Shown here one piece after another: positions 37,093 to 45,542 of a stretch of 64,000 nt of DNA. The DNA lies in assembly GCA_002368805.1 (NCBI GenBank), contig DFFH01000130.1:10863-74862 (forward strand), read 5' to 3'. The stretch is from Mageeibacillus sp. UBA3781. Its GTDB lineage: Bacteria > Bacillota > Clostridia > Saccharofermentanales > Saccharofermentanaceae. The notes beneath the pieces were generated by a model. That model was not told where the DNA came from. It saw nothing but the letters and a program-made list of their open reading frames with translations, and did not search any database. Every line of letters begins with the position of its first letter. Position 1 is the first letter of the stretch. Position numbers and translations under genes: made by a program.

Positions 37093-37770
37093 TCACACTT
37101 CTCCGATATCTTTTTTCAGGGACGGCATATCGGCGATACCGATCGTTCTTGCTGATATAGAGATCCTTCCCTCCGCTTCCATCAGCGAAAGTTCTCTGGA
37201 GAAACTCGGTCTCGGGATCGCCAGAAGCTTGGATATCACTTCTTTTGACACAGGAAGGACAACACGATCTCCTCCCTGTTCTTCCGCCAGCGTCAGCAAA
37301 TAGTATGCGATCTTCTGACGTACGGTCTTCTGCGAAAGGATCGTGATCATCTGCTTAAGCGAACGGAATCTTTTCGCGATGACCTGATGGAAATTTTCTC
37401 TTATTTCAGGGAAAGACTCCATAAGACAAAAGAGCTGTTCTGTCGGGACACAGAAGATCTCCACTTCTGAAACGGCTTCCAGCGCAGATGCATACTTATT
37501 TTCTTCGGAGTACAGAAGTTCCTCTCCGAAGCAATCCCCGGGATGCAAAAGACAGATAGTAGAGTAATCTCCTGCCGGAGTATATTTCTGTTCCGCAGCA
37601 GATCCGGCCATCAGGAGAAAAAGTCCCTTGCACTCATCTCCTTCCGAAACGATAAGATCACCACGGTGCCACTTACGGAGCCGGCCGGCTGATTTCAGTG
37701 CATTTTCCGCTTCTTCACCGAGACCGGAAAACAGAAGAGGTATCATACTATCTTCATTTTTCATATACAA
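37093..37770 (-). CDS. Crp/Fnr-family transcriptional regulator (cNMP-binding domain + HTH)
   Basis: The beta-roll has GDLIVSEGDECKGLFLLMAGSA...GDCFGEELL. The C-terminal HTH has SKEVISKLLAIPRPSFSRELSLMEAEG. The start is ambiguous (37770, 37764 or 37746), and the first two overlap the nagA 3' end. Confidence 0.8.
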   Translation of the reverse strand: MYMKNEDSMIPLLFSGLGEEAENALKSAGRLRKWHRGDLIVSEGDECKGLFLLMAGSAAEQKYTPAGDYSTICLLHPGDCFGEELLYSEENKYASALEAVSEVEIFCVPTEQLFCLMESFPEIRENFHQVIAKRFRSLKQMITILSQKTVRQKIAYYLLTLAEEQGGDRVVLPVSKEVISKLLAIPRPSFSRELSLMEAEGRISISARTIGIADMPSLKKDIGEV

Positions 37771-38905
37771 GATTTCCCTTCACAAAGACTTTTTGCACAT
37801 TGTATTCATTATCGAGCGCAACCAGATCCGCGTATTTTCCAATCTCGATCGAACCAGTCTCATGATCGATATTAAGCACTCTCGCCGGATTCAGAGTACA
37901 TGCTCGAAGTGCAGTTCCAAACGGGATCTTAAGATCCAGGAGATTTCTGAACTCCGCATAAATGTCGGTGGTGGATCCGGCAAGTCTCCCGCCTCCGAAG
38001 TCCGTCCTGCCATTTTTCACACGGACCATCGTACCGCCCAGATCATACTCTCCGTCAGGCATCCCGGCGGCACGCATCGCATCCGACACAACGACCGCTC
38101 TTTTGTCCCCCAGGACAGCAAAAGCGATCTTCAGAACCGCCGGATGGACATGAAGTCCATCACATATCAGTTCACAGGTCACAGAAGGATCTTCAAGAAG
38201 GGCGCCTACACAGCCCGGCGCGTGATGGGACAGCGGCTCCATCGCATTAAAAAGATGCGTCCCGTGCGAAAGTCCGAGATCGATCGCCTGTCTGCAAACG
38301 TCATAAGATGCAGCAGTATGTGCCGCCGATAAGACGTATTTTTCTTTCATTTCCGATATAAAAGCACTTGCACCTTCAAGTTCCGGTGCTATATCGATGA
38401 TCGAGATAAGATCTTCAGGAAGATCTTTAAGGATCTCTTTTATAAACTCGCAAGAAGGATCCTGCGCAAACTCCGTATTCTGTACTCCGCATTTCTGTTT
38501 GGATAAAAACGGTCCCTCGAGACGAACACCCAGCATCCTTGCGCCCGGAGGCGCTTCTTTTCGGAAAGCATCGGCAGCATGAAGCGCACCGGTCAGTTTT
38601 TCCTTCGGGATCATCATAGTCGTCGGGCAAAAAGATGTCACACCTTTTTCTGCCAGATATAAGGAGATCTTTTTAAGGCCTTCCACCTCGCCATCAGAGG
38701 TATCCGCTCCGAGCGCACCATGGATATGCAGGTCGATAAAACCGGGGATCAGTATCATCCCCGAAAGGTCAAGATCCTCATCTGAGGAAGATTCGGAAAC
38801 ACTACTCTCATGGACAGATACTATCCTGCCTTCTTCTATGATCAACGTCCTGTTCTTCTGAAGTGAAAAGGATGGATCCACAATATCCGCATGAGTCAGC
38901 CGCAT
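37754..38905 (-). CDS. nagA: N-acetylglucosamine-6-phosphate deacetylase
   Basis: Carries LIPGFIDLHIHGALGADT, the HxH metal motif. LEGPFLS, HLFNAM and VVSDAM are also present. A GGGAGG RBS precedes the ATG at 38905. Confidence 0.9.
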   Translation of the reverse strand: MRLTHADIVDPSFSLQKNRTLIIEEGRIVSVHESSVSESSSDEDLDLSGMILIPGFIDLHIHGALGADTSDGEVEGLKKISLYLAEKGVTSFCPTTMMIPKEKLTGALHAADAFRKEAPPGARMLGVRLEGPFLSKQKCGVQNTEFAQDPSCEFIKEILKDLPEDLISIIDIAPELEGASAFISEMKEKYVLSAAHTAASYDVCRQAIDLGLSHGTHLFNAMEPLSHHAPGCVGALLEDPSVTCELICDGLHVHPAVLKIAFAVLGDKRAVVVSDAMRAAGMPDGEYDLGGTMVRVKNGRTDFGGGRLAGSTTDIYAEFRNLLDLKIPFGTALRACTLNPARVLNIDHETGSIEIGKYADLVALDNEYNVQKVFVKGNLVYEK

Positions 38906-39088
38906 ATGTATGTTTTTCCTCCCGATTGAGCCCTTTTTCCATCTGTTTTTCATTTTACATCGAAAATATCTTTTACATCAACTGATCAAAAAGTGCCTTG
39001 CGCATCGCAAACATGGCATATTTCTTTACGAAAAGGGACATTTTTGGCTTTTTCGGAAAATCCTTGCCCCACAAAGAAAAAAAGGGAC

Positions 39089-39109
39089 TATAATCAGAGT
39101 CAGAAAATT
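39089..39109 (+). promoter_or_regulatory. putative -10 element (TATAAT) and partial CodY-box-like sequence upstream of ilvE
   Basis: TATAAT lies at 39089..39094. The 15-mer cagagtCAGAAAATT at 39095..39109 matches 11/15 of the AATTTTCWGAAAATT consensus, which I recalled from memory. The 3' half is a perfect match. Confidence 0.25.
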
Positions 39110-39133
39110 ATATGTTGATATAGGAGGATAATT

Positions 39134-40210
39134 ATGTTCCCAGAAATTTCGGTTACTAAGACAACCTCACCAAGACAGAAACCGCAGGCGGGTCAGCCGC
39201 TGCCTTTCGGACACATCTTCTCCGACCACATGTTCGTCATGGACTATGTTGAAGGTCAGGGATGGATCAATCCGAGGATCGTTCCGTATGGTCCTTTTGA
39301 GATCGAGCCTTCTGCTATGGTATTCCACTATGGTCAGGCAGTATTTGAAGGTCTTAAAGCTTATAAGTGCGAAGATGGTTCCATCAACCTGTTCCGTCCG
39401 GCTTGCAACTTCGAGCGTATGAATAACAGTAACGACCGTCTCGTTATCCCGAAGGTCGATGTTGACTTCTGCGTACATGCTACAAAGAAGCTCGTCGAGC
39501 TCGACAAAGACTGGATCCCTTCCGGTAAGGGCGAGTCCATGTACATCCGTCCGTTCGTTATCGCTACTGACCCGTACCTCGGTGTACGTGCTTCCAACAC
39601 ATATAAGTTCTTCATCCTGCTCTCACCTTCCGGTGCTTACTATGCACATGGCATCAAGCCGGTAAAGATCTATGTTGAAGATAAGTACGTTCGTGCTGTA
39701 CGTGGCGGTACAGGCTTTACAAAGTGCGCCGGTAACTACGGCTGCTCCCTGATCGCTCAGACCATCGCTCATGACTCCGGTTACGAGCAGGTACTCTGGC
39801 TAGACGGTGTTGAGCAGAAGTACATCGAGGAAGTCGGCGCTATGAACATCATGTTCATCATCGACAACAAGCTGGTTACTCCTTCTCTGGCAGCCGGTTC
39901 CATCCTGCCGGGTATCACAAGAAGATCCTGCATCGAGATCGCAAAGGATATGGGTCTTGAGGTCGAGGAGAGAAAGATCTCTATCGACGAAGTCATCGAG
40001 GCTGGTAAGTCCGGCCGCATGCAGGAGTGCTTCGGCTGTGGTACAGCTGCTGTTGTTTCTCCTGTCGGCGAGCTCAAGTATGAGGATACCGTCATCAACA
40101 TCAACAATGGCGAGATCGGTCCGATCACACAGAAGTTCTACGATACCATCACAGGTATCCAGAGCGGAAAAGTGGAAGACAAGTTCGGCTGGATCACTAA
40201 GGTCGACTAA
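39134..40210 (+). CDS. ilvE: branched-chain amino acid aminotransferase
   Basis: Carries [27 protein letters not shown]...GVR, TKCAGNY (PLP Lys region) and GITR. An AGGAGG RBS is present. Confidence 0.9.
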   Translation: MFPEISVTKTTSPRQKPQAGQPLPFGHIFSDHMFVMDYVEGQGWINPRIVPYGPFEIEPSAMVFHYGQAVFEGLKAYKCEDGSINLFRPACNFERMNNSNDRLVIPKVDVDFCVHATKKLVELDKDWIPSGKGESMYIRPFVIATDPYLGVRASNTYKFFILLSPSGAYYAHGIKPVKIYVEDKYVRAVRGGTGFTKCAGNYGCSLIAQTIAHDSGYEQVLWLDGVEQKYIEEVGAMNIMFIIDNKLVTPSLAAGSILPGITRRSCIEIAKDMGLEVEERKISIDEVIEAGKSGRMQECFGCGTAAVVSPVGELKYEDTVININNGEIGPITQKFYDTITGIQSGKVEDKFGWITKVD

Positions 40211-40246
40211 GGCTTCTCCTCTTCCGGAAAAGAATATAAAAACACA

Positions 40247-40289
40247 AAACCTGCTAACAAAAATCAATAGTTTGTTGGCAGGTTTTTTA
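40247..40289 (+). terminator. rho-independent terminator of ilvE
   Basis: 12-bp stem cctgctaacaaa (40250..40261) / tttgttggcagg (40271..40282) is followed by tttttt. Confidence 0.75.
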
Positions 40290-40312
40290 TGCGGAATATC
40301 GGCATTTCAGTT

Positions 40313-40347
40313 ATATACAAAAATAACCATCTGATCAAATCAGATGG
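40313..40347 (-). terminator. candidate terminator after the RDD-family gene
   Basis: 9-bp stem ccatctgat (40327..40335) / atcagatgg (40339..40347) with a 3-nt loop. On the minus strand it is followed by ttattttt. Confidence 0.5.
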
Positions 40348-40475
40348 CCATTCTTGTAGTTACAAAATCCGGATAATCTTTCCGTCTTTCTGTGAAGATA
40401 ATACCATGTATTTGACAAAATAACAAGTGCAAAAAACCACTTCACAGAATTGTAAAATAGATTCAATATTCCTGA

Positions 40476-41045
40476 TCAGAACTTGAAGATTTTAAAATCG
40501 GAAAGACCGAGTTTGATGTTCAATCCAAGCACGTCGTGATGGTTAACAATAAAGAACACCAGAAGCGCAATTGAAACAAGAACTATAAGCACACCGACAA
40601 AGCGCGGCATTCTTGTCGTATTAGTAACATTCGTTTTTGCGATACGATCGTGATAGGTCTGTGAATCGATATTAGAAGAGCCGGAGAGATAGGAAAAAAT
40701 AGCCGGAACAACTGTAAACAGGCAGATCACTTTAAAGAAACTGCGCAGGATGCAGTAGATCATCGAGTTTCCTCTATGGAAGTCAACATCACAGTTCATT
40801 GCGAGTTTGCCGGGTGTCGTCGCAAAGATCCTTACAAGAAGCACATCCAGTACAAAGTATGTAATGACCATAATAATAAGAAGTTTTACAAGCTGATCTC
40901 TTGAAAGCACTGCTTCCTCAACTTCACTATCGATTTCCGAGAAAGAAAATGTCAGCATCGCGATTCCGCTGGCAAGGCCTAAAAAAGTTAAAAGATCCAA
41001 AATTACCGCAAAGAAACGGTCTATCATTGAAGCATTGGTATTCAT
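40476..41045 (-). CDS. RDD-family-like small polytopic membrane protein
   Basis: 189 aa. The N-terminal DRFFAVILDLLTF motif is RDD-like. Three to four hydrophobic segments are present. Confidence 0.5.
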   Translation of the reverse strand: MNTNASMIDRFFAVILDLLTFLGLASGIAMLTFSFSEIDSEVEEAVLSRDQLVKLLIIMVITYFVLDVLLVRIFATTPGKLAMNCDVDFHRGNSMIYCILRSFFKVICLFTVVPAIFSYLSGSSNIDSQTYHDRIAKTNVTNTTRMPRFVGVLIVLVSIALLVFFIVNHHDVLGLNIKLGLSDFKIFKF

Positions 41046-41097
41046 AATCTACCCCCCCTTGTTTCTTAACTCAATATAGCACTCCCCCAAAAACGCG

Positions 41098-41550
41098 TCA
41101 ATTCGACGAGGTGCCGTAATAGAAAAAACACTTTAGAATATCACCGGACTCCCAGCGGAAATTGATGGACTGGAACTGTCCGGGACGAAGCGGAGTATAT
41201 TTCTGTTCATCATTACAATGTGTCACGGAAACAAACTCCGGATCCTCAGGAATATTCTCTTTTGAGAAGAATCCGAGAAGTTCTTTATCATTTAAGGAAA
41301 ACTGGGCATTCGTGCAGTTCTCGGGTACGAGTATGTCCATACGGAAACGCGCCGGCTTATCCATAAGAAACAGAAATCCCAGTACCGCTCTGTCTTCTTT
41401 CGGATAGCTCACCCGCTGGCTGACGGTGATCTCACTTCCATCGAGGGTAAAGTGATACTCCTTATCTTCCAGTTCACTGACGGCGATCCCCGTAAAAAGA
41501 TCGCCTTTTATCACCTGTTCATTTTCTCCGCTATTCATACTTATGCTCAC
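41098..41550 (-). CDS. hypothetical protein (beta-rich, ~150 aa)
   Basis: The ORF has a GTG start at 41550 that overlaps the upstream stop (GTGA). An alternative ATG lies at 41538. I recognise no family. Confidence 0.45.
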   Translation of the reverse strand: MSISMNSGENEQVIKGDLFTGIAVSELEDKEYHFTLDGSEITVSQRVSYPKEDRAVLGFLFLMDKPARFRMDILVPENCTNAQFSLNDKELLGFFSKENIPEDPEFVSVTHCNDEQKYTPLRPGQFQSINFRWESGDILKCFFYYGTSSN

Positions 41551-42788
41551 TGATCCTTTCCCGATTTTTCACTGGTATCGGAAGATTCATTCTTATCATC
41601 TTTCTTCTTCGGGACGACGGTCGGTTCCAGCCGTTCTCCGGCCTTGTAACGGGAGATCGGAACACAGTCCTTCGAGCCTTTCTCGACCGCTTTCACGATG
41701 ATAAATGCTACGACATTGATCCTTGTCTGGAGTCTGTCTTCCTCGATCGCTTCTTTCAGAAGTTCGGAAGAATCCAGCGGCGTATCCCTGACTGCTCCGT
41801 TATATTCCTGAAGCGAGAGGTTTTTCGTCTCTTTCATATCGGAAAGCTTCGTAAAGTTATAGTCAGAGGATTCGAAGAAAACGACCGGTATAGACTGGCT
41901 GTCAAAAATGGAATAATCCGATCTTACTCTGGTAACTTCACGGTACTCGTCATTAATGAGATCTCCGTTCACATCAAAGTTCAGAAGGGACATGTTGTAA
42001 TACAGATCCGTGCCTGTCTGAGAGTACAGACTGTTTTCATATGCCACATCATATGCTTCGTAGAGTTTTCTTCGGAACGAGTATTTATTTCCCTCCACCA
42101 GTGAAGAATGACCGGCATGCGCATAGAGCTTGTCTCCCGCATAGATACTCTCTATGCAGTACATACACTCGATGCTCTTCTTCTCGTCTTCCGATAAGGA
42201 ACTCAAGAATACACTTGCGCCGCGGTAATTAGATGATGACGCGCCAAAAGCAACAATAATGACGTCATAGGCATACTTGTGGCCAAACATCTGCTTGGCG
42301 GCTGTGATCAGGGCTCCGACTCCGCATGCGTTGTTCTGTATTCCATCATAATTCGGATAAGATTCTCTCTGTTCATAGGAAATCGGAGCATCATAATGTG
42401 CCCCGATCACGACGGTCTTATGCACCTCATCATACTCGCCGAAGGAGTCACGCTGCATAAAGCCTTCTCCGGGGATCCGCACAATATAATTACAGGAGAC
42501 CTGCTGCTTTTCTCCGCCCTGGACCACCTGACTTTCGACCTCATAGCCGATATCTTCAAGTTCTTTTTTGATCATCAAACCGGCGCCCTGCTCTCCCGCG
42601 GAAAAAGCACTTCTATAAGGAAATGTCTTCGCAAGTTTCAAAGCAAAATCCGCGCCGTAAGGACCAAACGCGGCCGGCTTGACCTTTTCTTTCTTCTTGC
42701 CGCAGGAACTAAGGGATACCATCATCGTGACGCACAAAAGTGCGGAAATGATCCTCTGTCCGGCTTTATGTGTTCTTTTTTCTTTCAT
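41547..42788 (-). CDS. M28-peptidase-like lipoprotein (metal ligands apparently substituted)
   Basis: The lipobox is MMVSLSSCGKK. The M28 scaffold motifs are VVIGAHYDA, GIQNNACGVGAL, VAFGASSSNYRGAS and SDYSIFDSQSIPVVFF. Confidence 0.65.
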   Translation of the reverse strand: MKEKRTHKAGQRIISALLCVTMMVSLSSCGKKKEKVKPAAFGPYGADFALKLAKTFPYRSAFSAGEQGAGLMIKKELEDIGYEVESQVVQGGEKQQVSCNYIVRIPGEGFMQRDSFGEYDEVHKTVVIGAHYDAPISYEQRESYPNYDGIQNNACGVGALITAAKQMFGHKYAYDVIIVAFGASSSNYRGASVFLSSLSEDEKKSIECMYCIESIYAGDKLYAHAGHSSLVEGNKYSFRRKLYEAYDVAYENSLYSQTGTDLYYNMSLLNFDVNGDLINDEYREVTRVRSDYSIFDSQSIPVVFFESSDYNFTKLSDMKETKNLSLQEYNGAVRDTPLDSSELLKEAIEEDRLQTRINVVAFIIVKAVEKGSKDCVPISRYKAGERLEPTVVPKKKDDKNESSDTSEKSGKDQ

Positions 42789-42803
42789 CTGTACTCCTGT
42801 TAT

Positions 42804-43838
42804 TTACCTTCCGCCATCATCGCATATCACATCGAGTTTTTCCGAGAAAAACAGCAGCGCTTCGGCCTGAGTCATTATCGTCTTATGTATGGTTCCGTTT
42901 CCGGAAGCACGGATCACAGGGATCTCATCCTTATAGGAAGCAAGTTCTTTCATGATCCGCCGCAGTAACGAATCCTTGGACACGCCTTCCAGTTTTCTCG
43001 GAAAACCCAACATATCATAGAGCCGGAAAAGCGGCTCGGAAGGATTCATGGAAGCAACGGCGAAAGCCAGCGCCTCTCCCTCCGAATAACGGAGAAAACG
43101 GAAATGCTGAAGGATCGCTTCTTTTATCTCTTTTCCAAATTCAAAAGCCATCGGCTCTATCTCGCGTATCCTGGCCTTGGCCAGATAGCATTCATCGATC
43201 GTGATGAACATATCCGACTTATTTACCAGCCTGTTCAGAAGCGTGATCTGATCAAGCATCGCATAACGGATGATCTGAGCATATCCGTTCTTCATGAAAG
43301 ATTCCGGCACCGTCGAAAGGAAATCGACATCCATAATAACAGCGACCGGCTGGCACTTGACGCTGACACAGTCTTTATGGCTCATATAATTGAGATACGT
43401 CGTATCCGCTTCGGCAGATTCCAGCATGCCCATCAGTGTCGTCGGAACAAGGCAGTATGTCAGGCCTCCGAGAAATGTCGAAGCTACAAATGCCGTAACA
43501 TCCAGGATAGAGCCGCCGCCCCAGCCCACGAGAAGATCATCTCCGGAAAAGGAGATATCCATCAGACGCTCAAATACCTGCATCACAACATCGAAATTCT
43601 TGGAAGACTGTCTTCCATCGATGACGATCACCGTCGGCTTGATGCCGCGGCTCTCCAGCTCGGAGATAAAAGTCGTGTGGTGAAGCCCGTTCACTTCTTT
43701 ATCTGTTACGATCGCTACCTGAGGCGTCTTCTCGGAAGACATTTTACGCACCAGATCGATCAGGCAGGAATATGCCATATCCCGACCGCACTCGATCGGA
43801 TATGTACACCGGCTCTCAACACGCTTTACCGTTGCCAT
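42804..43838 (-). CDS. 3-dehydroquinate synthase-like protein (metal ligands apparently substituted)
   Basis: Aligns to E. coli AroB from memory. [18 protein letters not shown]...[21 protein letters not shown] matches ALGGGVVGDLTGFAAASY...[44 protein letters not shown] and [11 protein letters not shown] also align. Confidence 0.7.
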   Translation of the reverse strand: [344 protein letters not shown]

Positions 43839-43990
43839 GGCTATTCCTCCCTTTTGTTTTCCGTATTTATCCTAGATATGATAACACTTTTACGGATAAC
43901 TTTGTATAAAAAAGTATAAGACAGGTGCTTTTGCCGAAGTATTATGTGATAAAATAGGTTGTTAATAATATCAGGAAGAGGTTAATGAAT

Positions 43991-45466
43991 ATGCCTATTA
44001 CTAATCCGGCTATCCGCACGCGTTTCGCCCCGAGTCCAACGGGCTTCATGCATGTCGGAAACCTAAGGACCGCGCTTTATGAATACCTGATCGCCAAGTC
44101 TCTCGGCGGTACATTTGTACTTCGCATCGAGGATACGGACCAGGAACGCTATGTGGACGGCGCGGTGGATATCATCTATAAGACGCTGAAGACCGCAGGT
44201 CTCGTCCATGACGAAGGACCGGATATCGGCGGCGAATACGGACCTTATGTCCAGAGCGAGCGTATGGATCTTTATAAGCCGTATGCCGAGGAACTTGTAA
44301 AAAACGGACATGCCTACTACTGCTTCTGCAGTAAAGAGCGTCTGGCTTCCCTTCATGAAGAAGGCGGTGTCGAGGGCGGCTACGACCGTCACTGCCGTGA
44401 TCTTTCCGAGGAAGAGATCAAGAAGAACCTTGACGCCGGCATCCCGTACGTTATCCGTCAGAAGATGCCGCTTACCGGTGAGACAACATTCCATGACTGC
44501 GTATATGGCGATATCACCGTACAGAACAAAGAACTCGAGGATCAGATCCTCCTGAAGGCGGACGGATATCCGACATATAACTTCGCTAATATCATTGATG
44601 ACCACCTGATGAAGATCTCACACGTGGTACGTGGTTCCGAATATCTCTCCTCCACACCGAAGTATAACCTCTGCTACGAGGCATTCGGCTGGGAGATCCC
44701 GACATATGTGCACCTTCCCCTGATCCAGGGAAAGAACGCTGACGGCACAGTCAGCAAGCTCAGTAAGCGTCACGGCTCCACGGGATTTGAGGATCTTGTC
44801 GCACAGGGATTCCTGCCGGAAGCGATCATCAACTATATTGCCCTTCTCGGCTGGTGCCCGAAGGACAATCAGGAGATCTTCTCACTTCCGGAACTCTGCG
44901 AAGCCTTTGATATCAACGGCATCAGCAAGTCTCCTTCTGTCTTCGACTATGACAAGCTGGAGTGGTTCAACGGAGAATATATCCGTAAGATGAGCCAGGA
45001 GGAATTCATCGAGTTCAGTAAGCCCGAGCTTGCTAAATTCCCGATGATCACAGAGGATTTGTATCCGCTTTTTGCCGAGATCATGCAGCCCCGTATCACG
45101 AGACTTCCGCAGATCTCCGAGAAGCTCGGCTTCCTTCTGAAGCTGGCCGATTACGATCTGGAGCTCTATGTTCATAAGAAGAGCAAGACGACCAAGGAAG
45201 GCTCTCTGGAGATGCTCAATGCCGTTCTTCCGATCCTCGAGACGATCGAGTGGACGAAGGATTCCATTTCCGAGTGTCTGACCGGATTTGCCGAGGGACT
45301 GGGCGTGAAGAACGCACTGGTCATGTGGCCGGTACGTATCGCCGCTTCCGGCACGGCAGTAACTCCAGGCGGTGCCGTCGAGGTCCTTCTCCTTCTCGGT
45401 AAGGAAGAAGCCCTGAAGCGTATCGAATCCGGACGACAGCGACTCTCAGCTGCACTTTCACAATAA
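43991..45466 (+). CDS. gltX: glutamate--tRNA ligase
   Basis: RTRFAPSPTGFMHVGNLRTAL is the HIGH-type motif and KLSKRHG is the KMSKS-type motif. The ATG at 43991 has better spacing from GGAAGAGG than the ATG at 43985. Confidence 0.95.
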   Translation: MPITNPAIRTRFAPSPTGFMHVGNLRTALYEYLIAKSLGGTFVLRIEDTDQERYVDGAVDIIYKTLKTAGLVHDEGPDIGGEYGPYVQSERMDLYKPYAEELVKNGHAYYCFCSKERLASLHEEGGVEGGYDRHCRDLSEEEIKKNLDAGIPYVIRQKMPLTGETTFHDCVYGDITVQNKELEDQILLKADGYPTYNFANIIDDHLMKISHVVRGSEYLSSTPKYNLCYEAFGWEIPTYVHLPLIQGKNADGTVSKLSKRHGSTGFEDLVAQGFLPEAIINYIALLGWCPKDNQEIFSLPELCEAFDINGISKSPSVFDYDKLEWFNGEYIRKMSQEEFIEFSKPELAKFPMITEDLYPLFAEIMQPRITRLPQISEKLGFLLKLADYDLELYVHKKSKTTKEGSLEMLNAVLPILETIEWTKDSISECLTGFAEGLGVKNALVMWPVRIAASGTAVTPGGAVEVLLLLGKEEALKRIESGRQRLSAALSQ

Positions 45467-45542
45467 GAGAAAGCACAAGTGCTTTTCAAAAAAGAAAAAC
45501 TATACGCACAAAGACGTGCGAAAAGAAAGCGAGAGTAATAAC

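Noticed and set aside
45468-45487. Hairpin (gaaagca-caag-tgctttt) between gltX and glnS, considered as a terminator or attenuator.
   Set aside because: On the plus strand it is followed by an A-rich tract, not a U-tract, and the stem is short. At most it is a processing or stability element, and there is not enough evidence to call a feature.
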